Positions 31,663-42,237 of a DNA stretch of 64,000 nucleotides are shown one piece after another. Within the stretch, counting starts at the first letter, position 1. The number at the start of each line of letters is the position of its first letter. The notes under the pieces are model-generated. The model was not told the DNA's origin. It searched no databases and saw only the letters and a list, made by a program, of their open reading frames with translations. The translations under genes were made by a program, and so were the position numbers. The DNA lies in assembly GCA_965277715.1 (NCBI GenBank), contig OZ255836.1, positions 3,552,001 to 3,616,000 of the forward strand, read 5' to 3'. The stretch comes from Gammaproteobacteria bacterium. Lineage in GTDB: Bacteria; Pseudomonadota; Gammaproteobacteria; JBCCGL01.

Positions 31663-32682
31663 ATGAAAACTCTTTCAATATGCATCCCAAGCTATAATCG
31701 ACCTGCTCAGTTATTCAAGCTACTCACGTCTATCGATTGTAGGCCGGAAGATATAGAAATTGTCATATGTGAAGACAAATCTCCAAAGCAAGAGGAGATA
31801 CGTTCTTTAGTTGAAGAGTACAAAACTCAATCTCTTTATAAAATAAGCTATTATCAGAATGAAAAAAACTTAGGGTTTGATGGTAATTTACGCCGATTAG
31901 TGAGTTTAGCAGCAGGCCGTTTTATTATGTTTATGGGTGATGATGATTTTTTTGTACCTGGTGGGTTAGATCGGTTTCTCTTGTTTTTGTCTGATAATAG
32001 TGACAAAAAATATATTTTACGCTCATATATAACTACTCACGCAAATGGAAATGTTGAAACATTTCGTTATCTTGCTAATACTAAAGTGCTTCCTCCAGGT
32101 GAAGAAACGGTTGCTTGGCTTTTTAAACGTAGCGTTAGTATTTGTGGTTTTACTATATCAAGGGTTGATGCGCAAGCAATTGCAACTGCTGACCTGGATG
32201 GTACATTGCTATATCAAATATATCTCATGTCCGAAATCTGTCTTGTTAATGAATCGATTTATTGTGATTTTCCCGTTGCCGAAGCGGTTCAGTCATTTCG
32301 AGATGATAAACCTATGTTTGGTTCCTCTGAGGCGGAGAGAAGTAGGTACACACCTGGAACCGTCTCTCAAGACAATTCAATTAATTTTACCAAATCTTAT
32401 TTTGAACTCACAGAATACCTGGATAAATTACATGGGACACAACTTACTGTAAAAGTTAAAATTGACTTATCTAAGTATTCTTACCCGTTTCTTTCTATTC
32501 AACGAAAACATGGAATTATTGTTTTTTTAAAATATGCTAAAAGACTTGAATCAGAAATTGGTCTTGGGCGAACTCCTTACTATTTTATTTATAAATGGAG
32601 TTTGGTTTTTTTAGGTGAAAAGTTGTGTGACAAAATTATTATGCGTATTAAATGTATGTATGGACACACACCTAATTTTTAA
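31663..32682 (+). CDS. Family 2 glycosyltransferase
   Basis: LSICIPSYNR, EIVICEDKS, NEKNLGFDGN, FMGDDD. Confidence 0.88.
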   Translation: MKTLSICIPSYNRPAQLFKLLTSIDCRPEDIEIVICEDKSPKQEEIRSLVEEYKTQSLYKISYYQNEKNLGFDGNLRRLVSLAAGRFIMFMGDDDFFVPGGLDRFLLFLSDNSDKKYILRSYITTHANGNVETFRYLANTKVLPPGEETVAWLFKRSVSICGFTISRVDAQAIATADLDGTLLYQIYLMSEICLVNESIYCDFPVAEAVQSFRDDKPMFGSSEAERSRYTPGTVSQDNSINFTKSYFELTEYLDKLHGTQLTVKVKIDLSKYSYPFLSIQRKHGIIVFLKYAKRLESEIGLGRTPYYFIYKWSLVFLGEKLCDKIIMRIKCMYGHTPNF

Positions 32683-32719
32683 TTTTTTATTTCAACTTGT
32701 TTAATAAAGTGTTTGAATT

Positions 32720-33112
32720 ATGACTCCACAACTCCTTATTTATAAACCATTACGTGCAGTACTTTCATCTATGCCTTTTGGTGTAATTATGTTTTATACA
32801 CGTGTTATGGGAGTTTTGCAATTGGTGTTTGGTCTTGGCTGGCTGTTGGATAGATTGGGTTTGTGTGTACAAAGTAATTTGCCGAAAATAGCAGGTGAAT
32901 CTTTATGGGCGCGTACAAAGTGGCAATTTGCCGGTGCCACTCTTAATACTTTTGATAAGTATGGGGCACACCACTATCAGCATCTTAAGTCGGATGAGGA
33001 AATTCGTGCTTTAACCCATTCGCTACAACCCGATGCTTCAAAGATTTTAAATATGGACAAATATTTTCTTCGCCCGGCACCAATTGGTTGTGCATTACGA
33101 ATTTTTAGGTAA
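32720..33112 (+). pseudogene. Probable C-terminal remnant of a SAM methyltransferase
   Basis: PLRAVLSSMP and ATLNTFDKYG resemble LFRPFTKSMP and ALLDTFDILA in the C-half of 35001-35987; no SAM-binding motif present. Confidence 0.5.
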
Positions 33113-33123
33113 GTTATATTTTT

Positions 33124-34983
33124 ATGTGCGGCGTTATCGGTATTGCTTCTAACCTGTCCTTTACTAATAGGAATTGGCTTGTTGCTGGACGTGACTCCAT
33201 GTTGCACCGTGGGCCTGATGATGCAGGTGAGTGGTGGTCTACTGATGGTTGCGTTGGTTTGGGGCATCGCCGTCTTGCTATTATAGATCTATCTCCTGCT
33301 GGGCATCAGCCTATGCTGGATGTGACGGGTGAGTTAGCTATTACTTTCAATGGTGAAATATATAATTTTGTCGATTTACGCCAAGAATTATTAGCAAAAG
33401 GGTATGTTTTTCAAACTCATAGTGACACGGAAGTGATACTAGTGGCCTATCGAGAATGGGGGACAGATTGTCTTTCGCATTTGAATGGCATGTTTGTTTT
33501 TGCGCTTTACGATGCACGACAACGAAAACTGTTTATGGCTCGGGATCGAGCCGGTGAAAAACCATTTTTCTATACTATGTCAAATGGGGTTTTACGTTTT
33601 TCATCTGAACTTAAGGGTTTGATGGCCGATCCTACTATGCCAAGGCGTATAGATCCAGATGCCTTGGATTGTTATCTGGCCATGGGGTTTTCACCTGGCG
33701 AACGTTGTATGTTACGAGGGGTGAGTAAACTTCCTCCTGCACATGCACTGGAGTTTAATTTAGATAGGGGGCAATTAAATCTTTGGCGATACTGGCAACC
33801 ACCTTCTGAAGATAACTTGATTCAATCGAACGAAGGTATTTTGTTAGATGAACTGGAAAACTTATTGGAAGATGCTGTTCGGCGCCAATTGATGGCCGAT
33901 GTACCGGTGGGTGTTTTACTTAGTGGTGGTGTCGATTCAAGCCTGGTAACGGCAATGGCAGTGAGATCTGTGGCTAAAGTCAAAACGTTTACTATCAGTT
34001 TTCCTGGTTATGCCAAGTACGATGAAACAGAACATTCCAGGTTGATTGCTCGGCATTTTGGGACCGAGCATATCGAGCTGGAGGCCGCCGAATCTACGGT
34101 AGATTTGCTTCCTAAGCTAGCAAAACAGTTTGATGATCCTATGTCGGATTCTTCGATGGTGCCTACGTATCTAGTGAGTCGATTAATTCGAGAGCATTGC
34201 ACTGTAGCCTTAGGTGGTGATGGCGGCGATGAATTATTTGGTGGGTATAGTCATTATAATCGATTACTGTGGTTGCAAAAGAAACTCAGATGGGTTCCGC
34301 TTATGGCAAGATCACCTATCGCTAGTGTAGCAGAGAATCTATTGCCGATTGGTTTTAAAGGCCGGAATTGGTTGCAGGGACTGGGTGTGAATCTGAATCA
34401 CGGATTACCACTTATCGCCTCATTATTTGACCGCTCGACGCGAGCTGCGCTGCTTCAAGAAAACAGTGATTGGGTGTTGGTAGCAGAAGCTATACGTGCA
34501 GAACGTATACCCGTAGCAAACGACCTCTTACAGCGCGCTACGCGAATGGATTTTGGCAATTACTTACCTGACGATATACTGGTTAAAGTAGATCGTGCCA
34601 GTATGTTAAATTCGCTAGAGGTGAGGGCTCCGTTACTTGATTATCGACTTATTGAGTTTGCGTTTGGTAAAGTGCCATCGTACCTTAAGGCAACGCCATC
34701 CAGTCGTAAAATATTACTTAAAAAACTTTGCCAGCGTGTATTACCGCCTGAGTTTGATCAACAGCGTAAACAAGGCTTTTCCATCCCTTTAGCCGATTGG
34801 TTGAAAGCAGGAGCGTTCCGTGATTTTTTTTACGATGTATTGCATGATCGACAATGTATTTTTAGCCGACCAGTGGTTGATAAACTTTTGCAGGGGCAAG
34901 AACGAGGGTATAGTAATAGTGAACGGTTGTTTGCTCTTGTCCAGTTTGAATTATGGCGGAGGGAGTATGGGGCCACGCTTTAA
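33124..34983 (+). CDS. asnB: Asparagine synthase-like glutamine amidotransferase (glycan modification)
   Basis: MCG N-terminal nucleophile, HRGPDD, FNGEIYN, LSGGVDSS, GDGGDELFGGY, KQGF. Confidence 0.92.
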   Translation: MCGVIGIASNLSFTNRNWLVAGRDSMLHRGPDDAGEWWSTDGCVGLGHRRLAIIDLSPAGHQPMLDVTGELAITFNGEIYNFVDLRQELLAKGYVFQTHSDTEVILVAYREWGTDCLSHLNGMFVFALYDARQRKLFMARDRAGEKPFFYTMSNGVLRFSSELKGLMADPTMPRRIDPDALDCYLAMGFSPGERCMLRGVSKLPPAHALEFNLDRGQLNLWRYWQPPSEDNLIQSNEGILLDELENLLEDAVRRQLMADVPVGVLLSGGVDSSLVTAMAVRSVAKVKTFTISFPGYAKYDETEHSRLIARHFGTEHIELEAAESTVDLLPKLAKQFDDPMSDSSMVPTYLVSRLIREHCTVALGGDGGDELFGGYSHYNRLLWLQKKLRWVPLMARSPIASVAENLLPIGFKGRNWLQGLGVNLNHGLPLIASLFDRSTRAALLQENSDWVLVAEAIRAERIPVANDLLQRATRMDFGNYLPDDILVKVDRASMLNSLEVRAPLLDYRLIEFAFGKVPSYLKATPSSRKILLKKLCQRVLPPEFDQQRKQGFSIPLADWLKAGAFRDFFYDVLHDRQCIFSRPVVDKLLQGQERGYSNSERLFALVQFELWRREYGATL

Positions 34984-35000
34984 CAATATACTGAAAAACT

Positions 35001-35987
35001 ATGAAACCTGAATTGCTTGCTTTGTTACGCTGTCCCAGTAGTGGTCAAGGCCTTGTATTTGAGGAGTCTTCTGTTCCAGGGCAGGACGGCTGGGTGGTTT
35101 CTGAAGATAGTCAGAAACGCTATCCAGTTCGAGATGGCATACCTCGCTTTGTTCCAGAATCCAATTATGCTGATAATTTTGGTATGCAATGGAATCATTT
35201 TCGCCAAACACAACTTGACAGTTATTCAGGCCACTCTATTTCTACAGATCGTTTTTGGGCTGCCACAGGCTGGAATCCAAAGGATTTGAAAGGAAAGTGG
35301 GTATTGGATGCGGGCTGTGGTGCTGGTCGATTTGCTGAGGTCGCATTAATCGCTGGAGCACACGTTGTCGCTATGGACTACTCCAGCGCAGTGGATGCTT
35401 GTTATGCTAATCTTAAGCAACATTCAAACCTGCATATAGTGCAAGGAGATATTTATGCACTGCCTTTTGCCTCTGAGATGTTTTCCTTTGTTTATTCGTT
35501 AGGTGTTTTGCAACATACGCCAGATGTAGCTGCGGCTTTTGCAGCATTGCCTTCTATGGTACGTCCAGGCGGGGCTTTGTGCACAGACTATTATTGGAAA
35601 CGATTCCGTACACTTATGCATGCCAAATATCTTTTTCGCCCATTCACCAAGTCCATGCCGCAAGATAAGCTTTTCACACTGTTACAACATCATGTGCCTA
35701 ATATGTTGTTTATCAGCCAAATGCTAGGGCGTACACCTTTGCTAGGTAAGGTGTTAAAGCGGCTGATTCCCGTAGCAGATTATACAGGTGTTTTTCCATT
35801 ATCAGACCAGCAATTGAAAGAATGGGCCTTGCTCGATACTTTCGATATTCTGGCACCTTCCTATGACAACCCACAAACTGCTGCAAAGGTGTCAGAATGG
35901 TTTGAAATAGAAGGTTTTGATGATATAGAGGTGTTACATGCTTCTCATTTAGTAGCACGAGGGCGTAAGCCTATAGGAATTGCTTAA
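35001..35987 (+). CDS. SAM methyltransferase with N-terminal Trm112-like domain
   Basis: LLRCP...YPVRDGIPRF; VLDAGCGAGRF; GVLQHT. Confidence 0.82.
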   Translation: MKPELLALLRCPSSGQGLVFEESSVPGQDGWVVSEDSQKRYPVRDGIPRFVPESNYADNFGMQWNHFRQTQLDSYSGHSISTDRFWAATGWNPKDLKGKWVLDAGCGAGRFAEVALIAGAHVVAMDYSSAVDACYANLKQHSNLHIVQGDIYALPFASEMFSFVYSLGVLQHTPDVAAAFAALPSMVRPGGALCTDYYWKRFRTLMHAKYLFRPFTKSMPQDKLFTLLQHHVPNMLFISQMLGRTPLLGKVLKRLIPVADYTGVFPLSDQQLKEWALLDTFDILAPSYDNPQTAAKVSEWFEIEGFDDIEVLHASHLVARGRKPIGIA

Positions 35988-36019
35988 TCAATGGGTAACA
36001 ATATTTGGAAAATTAACAC

Positions 36020-37162
36020 GTGATCTTGGGTATCGACGCGTTTAATCTTAGTAGTGGTGGTGGTATTACCCATTTGGTTGAACTGCTGCGAGCAGCAGTT
36101 CCCATTCGATATGGGTTTAAAACAATTATTCTCTGGGGATCGAAGTCGACACTGGCAAAAGTAGAGGATTGTGACTGGTTGCAGAAAGTGCATGAACCTC
36201 TGTTGGATAGGCATTTGCTGTATCGGGTATTTTGGCATCTTTTTGTACAAAAACGGCGCGCAGCTCAGTCTGGTTGCGATATAGTGTTCTTACCTGGTGG
36301 TACAGATTTTAGTGGCTTTTCACCTTCTGTTACCATGAGTCGCAATATGTTGCCATTTGAGTGGCGTGAATTGCGACGATACGGTTGGGCGCTGGCGACA
36401 TTGAAATTATTACTTTTACGCTGGACACAGAAACGTTCGTTTCAAAATACCAGCGGCCTGATTTTCCTTACGCAATATGCGCAGCATGTTGTAATGCAAT
36501 TAGTGGAGAGTAAAACATTGCAGCATGTGATTATTCCACATGGTATCAATGCGCGATTTTTCCACGCGCCCCGTTACCATCATCACGGCTTTACTGCTGA
36601 TCGGCCATGCCGGGTTTTGTATGTTTCAATTATCAGTCCATATAAACACCAATGGGTTGTAGTTGAAGCGGCGGCCAAATTACGAGCTGAAGGTGTTCCG
36701 ATTACACTGGAACTGATTGGACCACCCGCAGAAGGATTAGATTTACTAAATAATGCAATTAAACATGCTGATCCTAAGCAAGAGTTTATCACTTATCAAG
36801 GAGGGGTAGCTCACGAGCTGTTGGAAAAATATTATACTGATGCTGATATAGGTTTATTTGCCTCCAGTTGCGAAAACATGCCGAATATTTTACTCGAAGG
36901 TATGGCTGCCGGCTTGCCGATGGCCAGCTCACGTATGGGGCCTATGCCAGAAATTTTGGGGGATGCAGGGGAGTATTTTGACCCTCTAGACAGTGATGAT
37001 ATTGCCAAAGCATTGCGCAAGCTGATTAGCTGCGCAGGTTTACGTACCCAGTTGGCGGAGATGGCGTTTGCCAAAGCGAAACAATTTTCCTGGGATCGAA
37101 GTGCCAACTACACGTTTGAATTTTTGGCACAGATTGCGCAAAAATATAAAACCCCCTCTTAA
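36020..37162 (+). CDS. Family 4 glycosyltransferase
   Basis: YKHQ, ASSCENMPNILLEGMAAGLP, FSW. Confidence 0.87.
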   Translation: MILGIDAFNLSSGGGITHLVELLRAAVPIRYGFKTIILWGSKSTLAKVEDCDWLQKVHEPLLDRHLLYRVFWHLFVQKRRAAQSGCDIVFLPGGTDFSGFSPSVTMSRNMLPFEWRELRRYGWALATLKLLLLRWTQKRSFQNTSGLIFLTQYAQHVVMQLVESKTLQHVIIPHGINARFFHAPRYHHHGFTADRPCRVLYVSIISPYKHQWVVVEAAAKLRAEGVPITLELIGPPAEGLDLLNNAIKHADPKQEFITYQGGVAHELLEKYYTDADIGLFASSCENMPNILLEGMAAGLPMASSRMGPMPEILGDAGEYFDPLDSDDIAKALRKLISCAGLRTQLAEMAFAKAKQFSWDRSANYTFEFLAQIAQKYKTPS

Positions 37163-37163
37163 T

Positions 37164-38192
37164 ATGTTCACTGACAACACTTTATTGATTACAGGTGGCA
37201 CCGGTTCTTTCGGTAATGCCGTTCTACAGCGACTCTTAAATTCTGGCTTGGCTGAAATCCGTATTTTTAGCCGTGATGAAAAGAAACAGGATGATATGCG
37301 TAAACGCTATAACCATGCCAAACTGAAATTTTATATTGGTGATGTGCGTGATTATCAGTCAGTTTTAAATGCTGTCCGAGGGGTAGATTTTATTTTTCAT
37401 GCGGCAGCGCTTAAGCAAGTACCCTCTTGTGAGTTTCACCCCCTTGAGGCAGTCAAGACGAATGTTTTGGGTACTGAAAACGTTCTCGAAGCAGCCATTA
37501 ATAGTGGCGTAAAGCGTGTTGTTTGTTTGAGTACAGATAAAGCAGTTTACCCAATTAATGCAATGGGTATTTCCAAGGCGATGATGGAAAAAGTGATTGT
37601 TGCGAAGTCGCGCGTAATTGAATCAACCGTTATCTGTATCACACGTTATGGTAACGTCATGGCCTCACGTGGTTCGGTGATTCCGTTATTTGTTAATCAG
37701 ATTCGGTCGGGCAAGCCCATCAGCATTACTGATCCGAATATGACACGCTTTATGATGACGCTTAATGATGCGGTCGATTTGGTTTTGTATGCGTTTAGTA
37801 ATGCTAGTCCTGGTGACATTTTTGTACAAAAAGCGCCAGCTGCCACGATCGAAACATTAGTCAAAGCGTTGACAACCTTATTGGAGGTGCCTAAGCATGA
37901 GGTGAACGTTATCGGTACTCGCCATGGAGAAAAGCTGTTCGAGGCGTTACTAAGTAGGGAGGAGATGGTAGCTGCTCAAGATTTGGGCAATTATTATCGC
38001 ATTCCCCCTGATCTGCGCGACTTGAATTATGGAAAATTCGTTGAGCAAGGTGAGATTAAAATATCTGAAGCACTGGAATATAACTCACACAACACCACTC
38101 GCTTGGGTGTCAAGGAAATGGAAGCGCTGTTGATGAAATTAGCTTTCATGCAGGCGATTACTCGTGATGAGCATCCCCTGACGGAGGGGTGA
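37164..38192 (+). CDS. fnlA: UDP-GlcNAc 4,6-dehydratase/5-epimerase (FnlA/WbjB/CapE)
   Basis: TGGTGSFG, SRDEKKQDDMR, AALKQVPSCEF, STDKAVYPINAMGISK. Confidence 0.92.
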   Translation: MFTDNTLLITGGTGSFGNAVLQRLLNSGLAEIRIFSRDEKKQDDMRKRYNHAKLKFYIGDVRDYQSVLNAVRGVDFIFHAAALKQVPSCEFHPLEAVKTNVLGTENVLEAAINSGVKRVVCLSTDKAVYPINAMGISKAMMEKVIVAKSRVIESTVICITRYGNVMASRGSVIPLFVNQIRSGKPISITDPNMTRFMMTLNDAVDLVLYAFSNASPGDIFVQKAPAATIETLVKALTTLLEVPKHEVNVIGTRHGEKLFEALLSREEMVAAQDLGNYYRIPPDLRDLNYGKFVEQGEIKISEALEYNSHNTTRLGVKEMEALLMKLAFMQAITRDEHPLTEG

Positions 38193-38193
38193 A

Positions 38194-39300
38194 GTGCGTA
38201 TTCTAGTTACCGGATCACAGGGATTTGTGGGTAAAAACTTAGTAGTTCGTTTAAATGAGGAACCTAATTTCCAAGTGTTGCGCTTTGATCGGGGCGATGC
38301 ACTTGAATCCCTCTCCAGGTTGGTTACAAAGGCGGATGCAATTGTTCATCTAGCGGGCGAAAATCGCCCCAAAGAATTAGTAGATTTTACTCGGGTGAAC
38401 ACCGATTTGACCAAAGTACTTTGTGCAGAGGTAATCGCAGCAGGGCGTAATATCCCGTTGATTTTTGCTTCGTCAACTCAGGCTGAACTTGATAACCCTT
38501 ATGGTCAAAGCAAGCGGGCTGCAGAAGTAGTGATTGAACATTTGGTTGGCAAAACAGATAACCCATCGATAATCTACAGACTGCCAGGCGTATTTGGTAA
38601 ATGGTGTAAACCAAATTACAACTCCGTAGTTGCGACCTTTTGCTATAACATCGCTAACGATTTACCTATTCAGGTCAATGATGCTACTACAAAGTTGCGT
38701 TTAGTTTATATCGATGATGTGGTGACCGAATTTATTCGTGTGTTAAAGAGCATGAAACATGGGCTTGGCTGGGGTGAGGTAACACCGATATACACAGTTA
38801 CTCTGGGCGCTTTGGCCGCACAAATTCAAGCCTTCAAAAACTCTCGAAATACGTTGATTTCTGAGCGCGTGGGAATGGGGCTAACGCGTGCCTTGTATTC
38901 AAGTTATGTCAGTTACCTACCCCCTGCCAAGTTTGCTTATGAGGTGCCGCATTATGGTGATCAGCGAGGAGTCTTTGTGGAAATGCTCAAAACACCCGAT
39001 TGCGGACAATTTTCTTTCTTTACCGCTTATCCAGGGGTGACTAGAGGGGGGCACTATCACCATAGCAAGACAGAGAAGTTTTTAGTCATCAAGGGTGCTG
39101 CCCGTTTTGGTTTTCGTCACATCGTGAGGGGTGAAACTTATGAGATCTTTACTTCTGGCGATACACCACAAATTGTAGAGACTGTGCCTGGTTGGACGCA
39201 TGACATCACCAATGTTGGGCTAGATGAAATGGTAGTAATGTTGTGGGCTAATGAGATTTTTGACCGAGCACGCCCCGATACCATTAGTGATGAAGTGTAA
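38194..39300 (+). CDS. fnlB: L-FucNAc pathway reductase with C-terminal cupin (FnlB/WbjC/CapF)
   Basis: HLAGENRP, GKWCKPNYNSVVATFC, TRGGHYHHSKTEKF. Confidence 0.9.
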   Translation: MRILVTGSQGFVGKNLVVRLNEEPNFQVLRFDRGDALESLSRLVTKADAIVHLAGENRPKELVDFTRVNTDLTKVLCAEVIAAGRNIPLIFASSTQAELDNPYGQSKRAAEVVIEHLVGKTDNPSIIYRLPGVFGKWCKPNYNSVVATFCYNIANDLPIQVNDATTKLRLVYIDDVVTEFIRVLKSMKHGLGWGEVTPIYTVTLGALAAQIQAFKNSRNTLISERVGMGLTRALYSSYVSYLPPAKFAYEVPHYGDQRGVFVEMLKTPDCGQFSFFTAYPGVTRGGHYHHSKTEKFLVIKGAARFGFRHIVRGETYEIFTSGDTPQIVETVPGWTHDITNVGLDEMVVMLWANEIFDRARPDTISDEV

Positions 39301-39301
39301 T

Positions 39302-40432
39302 ATGAAAAAGCTTAAGGTTATGACAGTAGTAGGGACACGGCCTGAAATCATTCGTCTGTCACGTGTATTGGCAAAATTGGATACATACTGTGAGCATGTA
39401 CTGGTGCATACTGGGCAAAATTATGACTACGAACTGAATCAAATATTTTTTGAAGATTTGGGTATTCGAAAACCAGACCATTTTTTAAATGCAGCAGGTG
39501 CTAACAGTGCCGAGACTATTGGTAACGTTATTATTGGTGTTGACAAAGTAATAGCAGAAGTGGCGCCCGACAGTATGTTAGTGTTGGGGGATACCAATAG
39601 TTGCATGGCTGTATTGTCGGCAAAGCGCAGAAAAATACCCGTGTTTCATATGGAAGCGGGAAACCGCTGTTTTGATCAACGGGTGCCAGAAGAAATTAAT
39701 CGCCGAATTGTCGACCATACCGCAGATATAAATCTTACCTATAGTACTATTGCCCGCGAATACCTTTTGCGGGAAGGCTTGCCAGCAGATAGGGTGATCA
39801 AAACCGGAAGCCCGATGAACGAAGTATTGTCATATTACCGTTCTGGTATTCATGCATCCGATATATTGTCTCGCCTTGATTTGTGTGAAGGGCAGTTTTT
39901 TATTGTCAGTGCTCACCGCGAAGAGAACATTGACGTAGACAAGAGTTTTGGCAAGCTAGTTCATATATTGAATAGCCTTGGCGAGCATTACTGTCTACCG
40001 GTTGTGGTATCTACCCATCCTCGTACACAAAATCGGATCGATACAGCTGGCATAAAATTCAACTCGTATGTGCGACTGTTAAAACCATTAGGATTTAAAG
40101 ACTATAATAAATTACAGATTAGTGCTAAAACAGTATTGTCAGATAGCGGTACGATTAATGAAGAGGCATCAATTTTGAACTTTCCCGCCTTGAACATTCG
40201 TGAGTCACACGAACGCCCTGAGGGAATGGAAGAAGCAGCTGTGATGATGGTCGGTTTAGAAACTGATCGGGTAATGCAAGCTTTGGCTATACTGGATAAC
40301 CAAACCCGTGGTAAAGAGCGACTATTGCGACCGGTCAGTGACTACAGTATGCCCAATGTTGCAGAAAAAGTGGTACGTATACTTCATAGTTATACTGATT
40401 ATGTGAATCGTGTGGTCTGGAAAAAATATTGA
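39302..40432 (+). CDS. fnlC: UDP-2-acetamido-2,6-dideoxy-L-talose 2-epimerase (FnlC/WbjD)
   Basis: VGTRPEIIRLS, HTGQNYD, HMEAGNR, SDSGTI.EE. Confidence 0.9.
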   Translation: MKKLKVMTVVGTRPEIIRLSRVLAKLDTYCEHVLVHTGQNYDYELNQIFFEDLGIRKPDHFLNAAGANSAETIGNVIIGVDKVIAEVAPDSMLVLGDTNSCMAVLSAKRRKIPVFHMEAGNRCFDQRVPEEINRRIVDHTADINLTYSTIAREYLLREGLPADRVIKTGSPMNEVLSYYRSGIHASDILSRLDLCEGQFFIVSAHREENIDVDKSFGKLVHILNSLGEHYCLPVVVSTHPRTQNRIDTAGIKFNSYVRLLKPLGFKDYNKLQISAKTVLSDSGTINEEASILNFPALNIRESHERPEGMEEAAVMMVGLETDRVMQALAILDNQTRGKERLLRPVSDYSMPNVAEKVVRILHSYTDYVNRVVWKKY

Positions 40433-40446
40433 ATGGTAGTTAATGT

Positions 40447-41637
40447 ATGCGCATTGCTTTAATTGCGGATGCCTTTCCTCCCATGCGCATTTCTAGTGCC
40501 ATTCAGTTGAGAGATCTGTGTTTTACCTTGGTTGAACAGGGGCACGAGCCGACTGTATTGACGCCTGTCTCTGAGCAGAAAGAGCCTTGGCAAATGGAAA
40601 TGTGGAATGGTGTTCGTATTGTTCGTTTAAAATCCCCTAAAACCAAAGATGTTGGTTATGCCCGGCGTACTGTCGGCGAATGTTTGATGCCTTATGCAAT
40701 GCGTTACAATCTGCGTAAAAGCCCGTTGGCTAACGAACGTTGGGATGGCATTGTATGGTATTCACCTTCAATTTTCTTTGCGCCTATAGTGAAGCTTTTG
40801 AAGCAACGTAGCGCTTGTCGAAGCTATTTGATCATTCGGGATATTTTTCCCGAATGGGTTGTGGATATGGGTCTTATAAGGCGAGGGCTTCCCTATCACT
40901 TTTTTAAAATGATTGAACACTTTCAGTATTCCATAGCAGATGTGGTAGGCGTACAGACACCTGCCAGTCTCGCGTATTTTGATGTGTGGAAAAAACACCC
41001 CGATCGGCAGCTTGAGGTGCTTCAAAACTGGTTGAGACAGGCACCGAACATAGGCTGTAGTATTTCTATTGCCAAAACGGCTTTGGTGGGCCGAAAAATT
41101 TTTGTTTACGCAGGTAATATGGGTGTTGCTCAAGGAATTACTGTTTTACTCAATCTTGCTGAAAGGCTTAAGAGTCGAAAAGACATTGGCTTTTTGTTTG
41201 TCGGTAGGGGGAGCCATGTACAACCATTGCGAATCGAAGCCTCAGCGCGTGGTTTAGATAATGTGGTATTTTTTGATGAGATTGATCCTGAAGAGATTCC
41301 AGGTTTGTATGCACAATGCCATATAGGTTTAGTTATGCTGGATTCGCGCCACAAAACGCACAATATTCCCGGTAAATTTATTTCGTACATGCAAAATGGT
41401 TTACCTGTTTTAGCCAACATAAACCCGGGTAATGATCTAGTTGATTTAATCACCCAAAAACGCGTAGGCAAGGTGTGTACGGAACCCTCGGTCGATACAT
41501 TGCAACGTTTGGCCGAAAGCCTTTTAGACGAGCTCGCAGATGATGATAAAGTACAATCACGATGTCAATTATTGGCTGCTCAATTGTTTTCTGCAGAGGT
41601 GGCAGCGCAACAAATTATTCGGGCGTTATCAGTGTGA
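40447..41637 (+). CDS. wbuB: L-FucNAc transferase, GT4 (WbuB/WbjE-like)
   Basis: RDIFPEW, YAGNMGVAQG, NIPGK..SYM..GLP; follows fnlABC. Confidence 0.75.
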   Translation: MRIALIADAFPPMRISSAIQLRDLCFTLVEQGHEPTVLTPVSEQKEPWQMEMWNGVRIVRLKSPKTKDVGYARRTVGECLMPYAMRYNLRKSPLANERWDGIVWYSPSIFFAPIVKLLKQRSACRSYLIIRDIFPEWVVDMGLIRRGLPYHFFKMIEHFQYSIADVVGVQTPASLAYFDVWKKHPDRQLEVLQNWLRQAPNIGCSISIAKTALVGRKIFVYAGNMGVAQGITVLLNLAERLKSRKDIGFLFVGRGSHVQPLRIEASARGLDNVVFFDEIDPEEIPGLYAQCHIGLVMLDSRHKTHNIPGKFISYMQNGLPVLANINPGNDLVDLITQKRVGKVCTEPSVDTLQRLAESLLDELADDDKVQSRCQLLAAQLFSAEVAAQQIIRALSV

Positions 41638-41664
41638 GGCAGCACAGTTTTCTGCATATCAAAT

Positions 41665-42168
41665 ATGGCTATTATACGTTTTTCTCCACACTACTTAGAT
41701 ACACTTATTCAGGAAGCGCGATGTTCTCTCCGATGTAGGCAACACCGCAATATACACCAGAGCTACCAGGATCCGTGTCAACGTCTTTTGAATGCTATCG
41801 GCATGGACAGTTATATACGACCCCATCGCCATGTAGCGGACCCGAAGGTGGAGTGTTTAATTGCAGTGCGTGGTCGGATGGCGTTAGTATTGTTTGGTGA
41901 TACAGGTGTAGTGGAAGACCTAATATCTTTTGGCACAGAAAAATACGCTGACACTGAATCACTGGCTGTTGGGGTTGAGCTATCACAGGGTGTTTGGCAT
42001 ACCGTTATTGCTTTAGTGCCGGGATCAATTCTGTTTGAGGCAAAAGCTGGGCCATTTGACGCTAAGTTTGCCAAAGAGTTTGCACCGTGGGCTCCCGAGG
42101 AAGGAACAACTGATGGCGCGAACTTCCTTTCATCATTACGTATAAGGGCTATGGATAGTGTTGAATGA
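41665..42168 (+). CDS. wbuC: WbuC-family cupin-fold metalloprotein
   Basis: RQHRNIHQSYQDPCQRLLNA, SYIRPHRH, WHTV, FEAKAGPF. Confidence 0.88.
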   Translation: MAIIRFSPHYLDTLIQEARCSLRCRQHRNIHQSYQDPCQRLLNAIGMDSYIRPHRHVADPKVECLIAVRGRMALVLFGDTGVVEDLISFGTEKYADTESLAVGVELSQGVWHTVIALVPGSILFEAKAGPFDAKFAKEFAPWAPEEGTTDGANFLSSLRIRAMDSVE

Positions 42169-42237
42169 TCTGAAGATCGTTTATCAGTAAAAAAATAGCC
42201 CATGCTTGCTAATAATAGAAAATAGGATAAGAATTTT

